Positions 19,289-27,161 of a DNA stretch of 45,005 nucleotides are shown here, piece by piece. Position numbers and translations under genes: made by a program. Source of the stretch: a virus. Taxonomy: Duplodnaviria; Caudoviricetes. Positions within the stretch are counted from its first letter, which is position 1; every line of letters begins with the position of its first letter. Where the stretch lies: positions 1 through 45,005 of IMG/VR virus record IMGVR_UViG_3300011335_000151; one strand, 5' to 3'. The notes beneath the pieces were generated by a model. The model worked only from the letters and a program-made list of their open reading frames with translations, did no database searches and was not told where the DNA came from.

Positions 19289-19793
19289 AGACCCTAAGGT
19301 CTCCTTCGACGAGAGCGGCTTCAGCTTTAAGCTTGGCGGTTTGAGCAGTGGTAAGATAGCCATTATTCTTTCGGCTATAGCGACCATCGTCGGCGGTCTG
19401 TGGGCTGGCTTCCAAGTGTATCAGCAGTTCCTAACCATGAAGGAAGTGACTGCGGCTTATGTGCCGCCTGACCTATCTGGTATCGAGGGCCGCATTTCTG
19501 TGCTGGACGAGCGCGTCACAAGCGTCGAGCGTCTGACCAAGATTAACGGCGAAACCCTAAACTACATGACTGGCTCTATTTCCAGCAGCGTCAGTGGGAC
19601 GCGCCAAACGGTTGACGCGGTATCGAGCAGCGTCCGTAACAGCGATGCGCAGAACATGGCAATGCAGCGCGCTATAATCGAGCAGTTGCGCCAGCAGGAC
19701 ACAGAACAACAGCGCCGGATTAAGGACCTTGAGGCCGAGACCGCTGCACGTATTCAGAAGACGCTAGCGAATCCGCTGGCCGGAAAGGAATGA
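19272..19793 (+). CDS. Single-pass membrane coiled-coil protein
   Basis: GGAG RBS; TM IAIILSAIATIVGGLWAGF; coiled coil; LANPL end. Confidence 0.78.
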   Translation: MSSTDEDPKVSFDESGFSFKLGGLSSGKIAIILSAIATIVGGLWAGFQVYQQFLTMKEVTAAYVPPDLSGIEGRISVLDERVTSVERLTKINGETLNYMTGSISSSVSGTRQTVDAVSSSVRNSDAQNMAMQRAIIEQLRQQDTEQQRRIKDLEAETAARIQKTLANPLAGKE

Positions 19794-20299
19794 ACATGGA
19801 AGATAAACTTATGGATGCGCGCATCAAGGCGCTTCTGATGGCTGCCCGCACGATGGCATTTGTCATCTGCACCATCACCATCGCTATGATTGCTGGTCTG
19901 TTTGTATCGAACGAGATCATCGACAACAAGGACGTGTTCGGCCTCCTTAGCTACGTCATGACTTCGGTTGTTGGTGCTGTCGCAGGCTCCTACGCCACGC
20001 TGATGGGTATGAAAGGCGAACTCGTTCCGCCACCACCTGAAGACCGCGACGACCCTGAACCAGAGCCAGAATATGTACCCAAGGGCGTGCCGATTGATTT
20101 GACACCTGACATGGTTGCCTCTCAACCTGTAGAAACAAACTCCGTTGTCTCTCACGAAGAGCCGGTTTTGGAAGACAACGACGATGATGACGACATGGAG
20201 CCTTGGGAAAAGTACCGCAACGATATGCGCTACGACATCAACGGCGACGGCGTAGTTGACGAAAATGACTTTCCAGATTGGCGGAGTGCTGGCAAATGA
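19790..20299 (+). CDS. Holin-like two-TM protein with acidic tail and EF-hand/dockerin-like loop
   Basis: Two hydrophobic helices; overlaps the endolysin start; DINGDGVVDEND. Confidence 0.55.
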   Translation: MNMEDKLMDARIKALLMAARTMAFVICTITIAMIAGLFVSNEIIDNKDVFGLLSYVMTSVVGAVAGSYATLMGMKGELVPPPPEDRDDPEPEPEYVPKGVPIDLTPDMVASQPVETNSVVSHEEPVLEDNDDDDDMEPWEKYRNDMRYDINGDGVVDENDFPDWRSAGK

Positions 20300-20907
20300 G
20301 CTTGATTAACCTTCAACAGAAAATCGGAGTAACCGCAGATGGTGCGTTCGGTCCGGGTACATTTAAGGCGGCTGCGGCTTATTATAAGTTATCACCTAAT
20401 CGGGCTGCGCATTTCTTTGCTCAAACGGCGCATGAGTCGGGCAACTTCAAAGCGTTCAGCGAGAACCTGAACTACGGCGCAAAGGGGCTGCGTGGTATCT
20501 TCGGGAAGTACTTCCCAACGGATGCTCTGGCCCGTGCTTATGAGCGCCAGCCGCAGAAGATTGCTAACCGTGTTTATGCCAACCGCATGGCAAACGGCGA
20601 CGAGGCGTCGGGTGACGGCTGGAAGTATCGCGGGCGCGGTGCACTCCAACTCACCGGAAAGGCTAACTACCAAGCGTTCTCCGACTACATCGGTCGCCCA
20701 GATGTGATGACGAACCCGGACCTTGTGGCTGGCGAACTCTGCTTTGAGAGCGCCTTGTGGTTCTTCGATAAGAATAAGCTTTGGGGCATCTGCGACCAAG
20801 GCATCAACGACGCTGCGATCCTTGCTTTGACAAAGCGGATTAATGGCGGAACCCACGGTCTCGACGACCGTAAACTGAAAACCAAGAAGTACGCTGCTTG
20901 GTTGTAA
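20296..20907 (+). CDS. Endolysin, glycoside hydrolase family 19
   Basis: FFAQTAHESG, ENLNY, YRGRGALQLTG, NY, TKRINGG; N-terminal DGAFGPGT resembling a peptidoglycan-binding motif. Confidence 0.92.
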   Translation: MSLINLQQKIGVTADGAFGPGTFKAAAAYYKLSPNRAAHFFAQTAHESGNFKAFSENLNYGAKGLRGIFGKYFPTDALARAYERQPQKIANRVYANRMANGDEASGDGWKYRGRGALQLTGKANYQAFSDYIGRPDVMTNPDLVAGELCFESALWFFDKNKLWGICDQGINDAAILALTKRINGGTHGLDDRKLKTKKYAAWL

Positions 20908-20915
20908 GGAGAAGA

Positions 20916-21098
20916 ATGATGGATTTTAAAAGCAAACTGAAGCAGGAAGCCGAAAAGGTAATCCTCAAAAAAGCCGTAGGTAAAATCTTGCCTATGGACG
21001 GCGAGAAGCCCAAGATGGGCACGAAGGCCAAACTGGCTGCGCTCCTCGCTGCAATCGCCGCACTTGCCGCTGCTGGTGCACAATATCTCGGCGGCTAA
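20916..21098 (+). CDS. Small protein with C-terminal hydrophobic helix
   Basis: AAGGAG RBS; LAALLAAIAALAAAGA; follows the endolysin. Confidence 0.7.
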   Translation: MMDFKSKLKQEAEKVILKKAVGKILPMDGEKPKMGTKAKLAALLAAIAALAAAGAQYLGG

Positions 21099-21116
21099 CA
21101 ACCTACTAACAACCTA
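21095..21116. repeat. Tandem 11-bp repeat CTAACAACCTA x2
   Basis: Read directly; mostly intergenic. Confidence 0.85.
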
Positions 21117-21144
21117 CCCATAACGAAAGGAGGGAGGCAGAATT

Positions 21145-22107
21145 ATGTTCGGTTTCTCTCCTTTCGCCTCTTCCGCTTTTGCGGACATTCTTGAGACCAA
21201 CGACGTCGCAGTCACCGTAACCGGTGTTTCCGCAACCTGCTCAGTTGGCACGGTCGCCGTAACGGCTGCGGCCAACACCGCCCTGACCGGTGTCGAAGCC
21301 ACCTGCTCGGTCGGCACTGTCGAAGTCCAAGCTGATAATAATTTTACCGTCACAGGCGTTGAAGCCCTTGGTGAAATCGGCACAGTTAACGCAACCGGTG
21401 CAGCAAACACCACGCTTACTGGCGTAGACGCCGCAGGCTCCGTTGGTACCGTTGAAGTTCAATCCGATACCAATATCGACGTCACCGGGGTTGAGGCCAC
21501 GGGTTCGGTCGGCACGCTTGATGTTACCGGTAAAGCCAACGTCACGCTCACTGGTGTAGAAGCTGCCGGGCAACTCGGCACCGTCGAGGTCCGTTCGGTT
21601 AATAATATCGACGTCACTGGCGTTGAGGCCACGGTTTCTGTGGGTACGGTCGAGACCAACTGCGAAGCAGTCGTCGTCGAAGACGGCGTTGAGGCATCCG
21701 GTGCAGTGGGTACGGTGGCTACTTCGGGTAAGTCCAGCGTCACCCTGACGGGTGTAAACGCATCCTGCACTCTCGGCTCGGTCACAATCGTCACAGGGCA
21801 ACGGGTACAAGTCACGGGCGTTTCAGCCACTGGCGATGTCGGTACGGTATCAACCACCTCCAAGGCCAGCGTATATTTGACAGGGGTTTCGGCCACCGGG
21901 TCCATTACCACCGTGCTTGTTTGGGGTATAATTAACGACAACCAAACACCTAACTGGCAAGGTGTAAATAGCTCGCAAAGTGAAACTTGGTCTGCTATAT
22001 CCGACACACAAACGCCAAGTTGGCAGACGATTGATGACGCCCAGACTAATAATTGGGTGCAAGTGAATGATGGAAACACAGTAGTCTGGACTCAGATACC
22101 GACGTAA
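21145..22107 (+). CDS. Repetitive fibre-like virion protein
   Basis: About 11 repeats of ~22 aa (TGVEATGSVGTV...), then Trp-spaced 11-aa repeats (QTPNW/QSETW/QTPSW/QTNNW). Confidence 0.75.
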   Translation: MFGFSPFASSAFADILETNDVAVTVTGVSATCSVGTVAVTAAANTALTGVEATCSVGTVEVQADNNFTVTGVEALGEIGTVNATGAANTTLTGVDAAGSVGTVEVQSDTNIDVTGVEATGSVGTLDVTGKANVTLTGVEAAGQLGTVEVRSVNNIDVTGVEATVSVGTVETNCEAVVVEDGVEASGAVGTVATSGKSSVTLTGVNASCTLGSVTIVTGQRVQVTGVSATGDVGTVSTTSKASVYLTGVSATGSITTVLVWGIINDNQTPNWQGVNSSQSETWSAISDTQTPSWQTIDDAQTNNWVQVNDGNTVVWTQIPT

Positions 22108-22116
22108 GGACAAGAG

Positions 22117-23991
22117 ATGGCAAGCACGTACAGCAACATTAAAATCCAGTTGATGGCCACAGGTGAGAATACCACCACGTGGGGTGACGTCACGAACGTC
22201 AATCTTGGTACAGCGCTTGAGGAAGCCATTGTTGGTTCGGCTGATGTGGCCTTCTCCAACGCTAACGTCACGCTGACATTGACAAACACCAACAGCACGC
22301 AGGCTGCACGTAACATGCGCCTCAACCTGACGGGTACAGCTACTACTGGCTATAATCTGGTCCTTGGTTCCGGGTGCCAGATTGATAAACCTTACATCAT
22401 CAACAACGGTACTGATGGCACCATCACCGTCAAAAACACCACTGGTACTGGCGTTGCGGTTCCGGCAGGTAAGACCACGTGGGTCTTTAATAATGGCACC
22501 AACGTGGTGGACGCCGTTACGTATCTCTCCTCGCTCAACGTGGGGGGTAGCGCCAGTATCGGTACAAATACGGTTTCTGCGGGCACCCTTCAGGTAAACG
22601 GTCAGACTTCAAACACCGATGGCACCGGCCTCGACCAAGGTCAGCTTTTCATTACAGATAGCGATAACAGTACAACTAGCGGACTTATGGTTGGGTACCG
22701 CTTCCAAAGTGGTGTTGCGGAGTACGGGCGCATCCAAGCTACGAACAACGCGGGAGCGACTAATCTTGTTGTTCAGGCTGGTGGCGGCTTCGTCGGAATT
22801 GGTAGTAACAGCCCTAAAACAAAACTCCAAGTCACTGCGGGTGGCTACCTAAACGCCCCCGTGCTTGGTAACGCCACTGGTGCACCGTTCTACGTCACTA
22901 ACGCGGACAGCGCGTATGGCCTTGTTGTTGGCATCAACTCGGCTGATGGCCGTGCTTTCCTTCAGGCACAACGTACTGATGGCACTGCGTCCTCAGGTCC
23001 GATCACGCTAAACGAAGCAGGTGGTAACGTCGGGGTCGGCATCGTTCCTGCCGTTAAGTTTGACGTCAACGGACGCGGGCGGTTTCTCCAAGACACCGCT
23101 GCTACCACTGGCGCTATCGTCCTGCGGCAGAACTCTGGCAACACGCTTGGTGGCTACATCCAGTGGGTGACTAACGACAACTCCGGCGAAAAGGGTTGGA
23201 TGGTTGTTGATTCATCCAGCAACATGCTCTTTGCGCCGAACAGCGCCGAGGCAATGCGGATTACTGCTGCGGGTAAAGTCGCGGTCGGCACCACCGCAGT
23301 GGCTGGTGGTCAGATGCAAATTAATGGTCAAGTGTCCGATACGAATGGCACGGGTCTTGACCAAGGGCAGCTTCTTATCACCGACAGCGACAACAGCACC
23401 ACTAGCGGTATGATGCTCGGGTATCGTTTCCAGACCAGCGTAGCTGAATACGGGCGCATCCAATGCCGCAACGCGACTGGGGCCATCAGCCTTGCCCTTC
23501 AAGCTGGCGGCGGTAACGTCGGAATTGGGACCTCTGCCCCTACTTACAAACTCGAAGTTGCAGGTGACGTCCGCGTAGCCAGTGGTGGTGACCTCCGGAT
23601 TAGTGCTGCGGCTACCGGCAACGACGTTGCCATGTACAACGATAACGGCGACCTTTACTGGAACAACGGTATCGCGCTGATGTATCTAAGCGCCACTGGC
23701 AGCCTGACTGCCACTGGGAACATCACTGCCTATTCGGACGCTCGACTCAAGACCGACCTTACCCGCATCGAAGGCGCGCTCGACAAGATCGAGAAGCTCG
23801 CTGGGTATACCTTCACTCGTACGGATAGCGGCGAGCGCCAGACCGGCCTCCTCGCGCAAGACGTGCAGAAGGTGTTGCCGGAAGCAGTTGTCGAGGGTGA
23901 ATATCTCTCGGTGGCCTACGGCAATATGCTGGGTCTGGTGGTTGAAGCCATCAATGAGCTACGGGCCGAGGTAAAGGCACTTAAGAAATGA
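22117..23991 (+). CDS. Tail fibre 2 with C-terminal intramolecular chaperone (peptidase S74)
   Basis: GENTTTWG N-terminus, GNVGIG repeats, AYSDARLK, GLLAQDVQKVLPEAV, VAYGN. Confidence 0.88.
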   Translation: MASTYSNIKIQLMATGENTTTWGDVTNVNLGTALEEAIVGSADVAFSNANVTLTLTNTNSTQAARNMRLNLTGTATTGYNLVLGSGCQIDKPYIINNGTDGTITVKNTTGTGVAVPAGKTTWVFNNGTNVVDAVTYLSSLNVGGSASIGTNTVSAGTLQVNGQTSNTDGTGLDQGQLFITDSDNSTTSGLMVGYRFQSGVAEYGRIQATNNAGATNLVVQAGGGFVGIGSNSPKTKLQVTAGGYLNAPVLGNATGAPFYVTNADSAYGLVVGINSADGRAFLQAQRTDGTASSGPITLNEAGGNVGVGIVPAVKFDVNGRGRFLQDTAATTGAIVLRQNSGNTLGGYIQWVTNDNSGEKGWMVVDSSSNMLFAPNSAEAMRITAAGKVAVGTTAVAGGQMQINGQVSDTNGTGLDQGQLLITDSDNSTTSGMMLGYRFQTSVAEYGRIQCRNATGAISLALQAGGGNVGIGTSAPTYKLEVAGDVRVASGGDLRISAAATGNDVAMYNDNGDLYWNNGIALMYLSATGSLTATGNITAYSDARLKTDLTRIEGALDKIEKLAGYTFTRTDSGERQTGLLAQDVQKVLPEAVVEGEYLSVAYGNMLGLVVEAINELRAEVKALKK

Positions 23992-24503
23992 CACTGCCGT
24001 CCTCCGGCCCCCTTTCGCTAAGCGATATCCAGACCGAGTTTGGCGGTTCGAACCCCATCTCGCTTAGTGAATATTACGCTGGCGGCGCTTACGTTCCGGC
24101 TGGGACCACTGGCACGAATGGTCCTGTGCCTTCTTCGGGTACGATAAGCATCTCAAACTTCTATGGCACAAGCAACATCCCAGCGCTTTCGGTAACTGCC
24201 GACGACGTATCTGGCTTCGACAGCGGCCCTAATTTTATCGGGTCTGTTACTAGCTCGGGTAGCCCCAACACGACACCTGCCGGTGGAGTTGCTCCATATA
24301 CCTACGCATGGACGGAGTTGGGAACTTCCAGCGGTAACACCCCGAGTGTTTCCTCGTCTACAGCACAGAACCCCTCATGGACTGCATTTGTAGAATCCGA
24401 AGTAGACAGCATCTCGACTTGGCGCGTGACCGTTACGGATAGCGCGACTACTACGGCTTTCACCGACATTACCGTAACTCTTACTTGGATTGATAATAGC
24501 TAA
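23988..24503 (+). CDS. Putative fibre-tip adhesin
   Basis: ATGA-coupled to fibre 2; SGPLSLSDIQTEFGG...SLSEYY...ISISNFYG N-terminus plus Ig-like GGVAPYTYAW domain. Confidence 0.55.
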   Translation: MTLPSSGPLSLSDIQTEFGGSNPISLSEYYAGGAYVPAGTTGTNGPVPSSGTISISNFYGTSNIPALSVTADDVSGFDSGPNFIGSVTSSGSPNTTPAGGVAPYTYAWTELGTSSGNTPSVSSSTAQNPSWTAFVESEVDSISTWRVTVTDSATTTAFTDITVTLTWIDNS

Positions 24504-26428
24504 TGGCCTTCATCAAACTCCAGTTCAAACCCGGTGTAAACCGCGACCAGACCGACTACTCCAACGAGGGTGGCTGGTATGAGTGCGACAAAATCCGGTT
24601 TCGGTCGGGCTATCCCGAAAAGGTTGGTGGTTGGGTAAAAGCTACCCCCACCGCATTTGATGGCGTGTGCCGTCAGATGTGGAACTGGATCACCACGTTT
24701 AGTGATGACTTTTTGGCGCTCGGGACCGATGATAAAGTCTACATCGAGACTGGCGGCTACTTCTATGACATCACGCCTTTCGACCCAGTACCGCTTGTGG
24801 GGTCAAACACCTTTGCTGTAACCAACGCTTCCACAACCGTTACGGTGACCACGACGACTGCGCTCCCTGCATGGGTGGAAACGGGCGAGCCAGTTTTTGT
24901 TGCTGGCTTTGCGTCTCCCCTTGGCGGCATCCCTATTACTGAACTTAACGGTGCCCAGACAATTACCAAGACCGGTGCAAACAGCTTTACGTTTGTCACA
25001 ACCACGGCTGCCTCCTCGACCACTTCGGTCAGCGGCGCGGGCTACACGGTGCAGGTAGAAATCGAGCCGGGTAACGCCATTTCTATTACCGGCTTGGGCT
25101 GGGGTGCTGGCCCGTGGAGTCGGGGTTCGTGGGGTTTAGGTACCACTACGGGCGGCGTTAAACTTTTCCAGCGTGACTGGTGGTTCGACAACTTCGACAA
25201 CGACCTCGTGATGAATATCCGCAACGGTCCGGGTTATTGGTGGGTCCGTGGGTCGATTAACGACCCTTCGGTTTCTTTGGCTACGCACGCTATCACACTG
25301 GAAGATTTTGCGGCCAATGAGGGTTTTTCATCTCCCGCAGTACCCACCAAGATTATGCAGCTATTGGTATCCCAGCAGGACCGCCATTTGCTCGCCTTCG
25401 GTGCGGTGCCTTTTGGTTCTGTTGACCCTCTGGACTTTGACCCGCTTCTGATCCGTTGGGCCAGCCAAGACTCTCCGGGAGACTGGACGCCTTCGGCGCT
25501 GAACACGGCTGGTGACCTTCGTATTTCACGTGGGTCGCGCATCGTACGTGCGCTTCCAACTCGTCAGGAAATCTTGGTTTGGACTGATACCAACCTGTAT
25601 ACGCTTCAGTTCCTCGGGACAGTCGATGTCTTCGGGTTACAAGAATATGCAGATAACATCTCGATTGCTTCGCCGCGTGCGGTGGCTTCGGCGGCCAACA
25701 TTACCTATTGGATGGGTCAGGACAAGTTCTACGCCTACACTGGTCGCGTCGAGACGCTCCCCTGCACGCTGCGCAACCACGTGTTCAACAACATCAACTT
25801 CGATCAGTCCGACCAAATCATCTGCGGCACTAACGAGCAGTGGAACGAGGTTTGGTGGTTCTATCCAACTGCTGACAGCAGCTACAACAATGCCTATGTG
25901 GTCTATAACCACCTTGAGCGCATCTGGTATTACGGCACTTTGGACCGGACAGCGTGGCTCGACACCCCGCTGCGGCAGAACCCACAGGCTGCGAACACAG
26001 CAATTACTCGGGATGGCAACACCGTTACCACTGGTCCGGGCTATCTCTATAACCATGAGAACGGCGTTGACGACGACGGTGCCCCGTTGATTAGCTACAT
26101 CCAGTCATCCGACTTCGACCTCGATGATGGTGACCAGTTCATGCTGACCCGGCGTATACTGCCTGACGTCGGTTTTGAAGGTTCCACCGCTGATTCCCCC
26201 GAAGTGACGTTGCAAATCCGCCCACGCAACTTCCCCGGTAGTACGTTCAGTGCGGACGCCGCTGATACCCAGCGCGTCATCGAGACTTCAGTTGGTGTCT
26301 ATACCGATCAGGTCTTTGTCCGTGCCCGTGCCCGCCAGATGGCGCTAAAGGTTCGGTCGCAAAACCTCGGTGTTCAATGGCAGCTTGGTGCACCGCGCCT
26401 TGATGCGCGACCAGATGGACGTCGCTAA
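24503..26428 (+). CDS. Tail nozzle / DNA stabilisation protein (P22 gp10- or T7 gp12-like)
   Basis: 641 aa, beta-propeller-like, IRWASQ and EVWWFYP motifs; precedes the ejection genes. Confidence 0.7.
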   Translation: MAFIKLQFKPGVNRDQTDYSNEGGWYECDKIRFRSGYPEKVGGWVKATPTAFDGVCRQMWNWITTFSDDFLALGTDDKVYIETGGYFYDITPFDPVPLVGSNTFAVTNASTTVTVTTTTALPAWVETGEPVFVAGFASPLGGIPITELNGAQTITKTGANSFTFVTTTAASSTTSVSGAGYTVQVEIEPGNAISITGLGWGAGPWSRGSWGLGTTTGGVKLFQRDWWFDNFDNDLVMNIRNGPGYWWVRGSINDPSVSLATHAITLEDFAANEGFSSPAVPTKIMQLLVSQQDRHLLAFGAVPFGSVDPLDFDPLLIRWASQDSPGDWTPSALNTAGDLRISRGSRIVRALPTRQEILVWTDTNLYTLQFLGTVDVFGLQEYADNISIASPRAVASAANITYWMGQDKFYAYTGRVETLPCTLRNHVFNNINFDQSDQIICGTNEQWNEVWWFYPTADSSYNNAYVVYNHLERIWYYGTLDRTAWLDTPLRQNPQAANTAITRDGNTVTTGPGYLYNHENGVDDDGAPLISYIQSSDFDLDDGDQFMLTRRILPDVGFEGSTADSPEVTLQIRPRNFPGSTFSADAADTQRVIETSVGVYTDQVFVRARARQMALKVRSQNLGVQWQLGAPRLDARPDGRR

Positions 26429-27099
26429 TGGCGTTAGATAAATTCAAAGCCGCTCCGATACCAAACCCGCCTTCGACGTATGACGCGCAGTACATCCGGC
26501 AGGTTATCCGCGTATTGGAAACCTACTTCTCGCAGTTGGACTCGCGTGCGGGTAACAACGCTGAGACCTACAGGGCCGATTTCTTCTATGGTAGCGGCGT
26601 TCACCTGACTTTCCCTTATGGGCAGTTTCAGAGCCAGACCGACCAGACCGCTGCCGCAATCGACCAAGCCTATGCTATCACCTACGACCAGTCAGACTTT
26701 TTGGATGGCGTCACGCTAAGCAGTGGTTCGCGGCTGACTGTGCCCTACGAGGGCGTGTACACGGTTACCTTTAGTATCCAGCTTCAAAACACGACTAATG
26801 ATGTACAAGATGTCGATATTTGGCTGCGGAAAAATGGAACTGATATCCCTGACACTAACAGCCAGTTCTCAATCTCACCACGTAAAAACGCTGGTGTTTC
26901 TTCACATCTTATCGCCACGACATCCATCATGGTTGAGTTAGCTGCGAACGACTACATCCAGCTTATGTGGCATGTCACAGACACTGGTGTGACAATGCAG
27001 CACTTCCCAGCAGTTGCGTATTCTGCGGGAGTAACGCCCGCTATCCCTGCTACTCCGTCAGCCATCGTGCAGGTCGAGTTTATGTCAGAGGTCATGTGA
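26428..27099 (+). CDS. Virion protein with C1q/BclA-like beta domain
   Basis: N-terminal helix then GVYTVTFSIQL, IWLRKNG, DYIQLMW jelly-roll pattern. Confidence 0.6.
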   Translation: MALDKFKAAPIPNPPSTYDAQYIRQVIRVLETYFSQLDSRAGNNAETYRADFFYGSGVHLTFPYGQFQSQTDQTAAAIDQAYAITYDQSDFLDGVTLSSGSRLTVPYEGVYTVTFSIQLQNTTNDVQDVDIWLRKNGTDIPDTNSQFSISPRKNAGVSSHLIATTSIMVELAANDYIQLMWHVTDTGVTMQHFPAVAYSAGVTPAIPATPSAIVQVEFMSEVM

Positions 27100-27110
27100 T
27101 GTGTAAGGGC

Positions 27111-27157
27111 TTTAGTTCTGTACGAATTGACGCTATAAGCGTAGGTATAAGGTAGGT
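27111..27157 (+). promoter_or_regulatory. Possible promoter/regulatory site upstream of ejection genes
   Basis: 62-bp intergenic gap with two TATAAG, inverted repeat ACGCT-ATA-AGCGT, and GTAGGT twice 11 bp apart. Confidence 0.35.
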
Positions 27158-27161
27158 AATC

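Noticed and set aside
22591-23529. Diversity-generating retroelement TR/VR pair
   Set aside because: Both copies are in-frame coding, differences are not adenine-specific, and there is no reverse transcriptase in the window.
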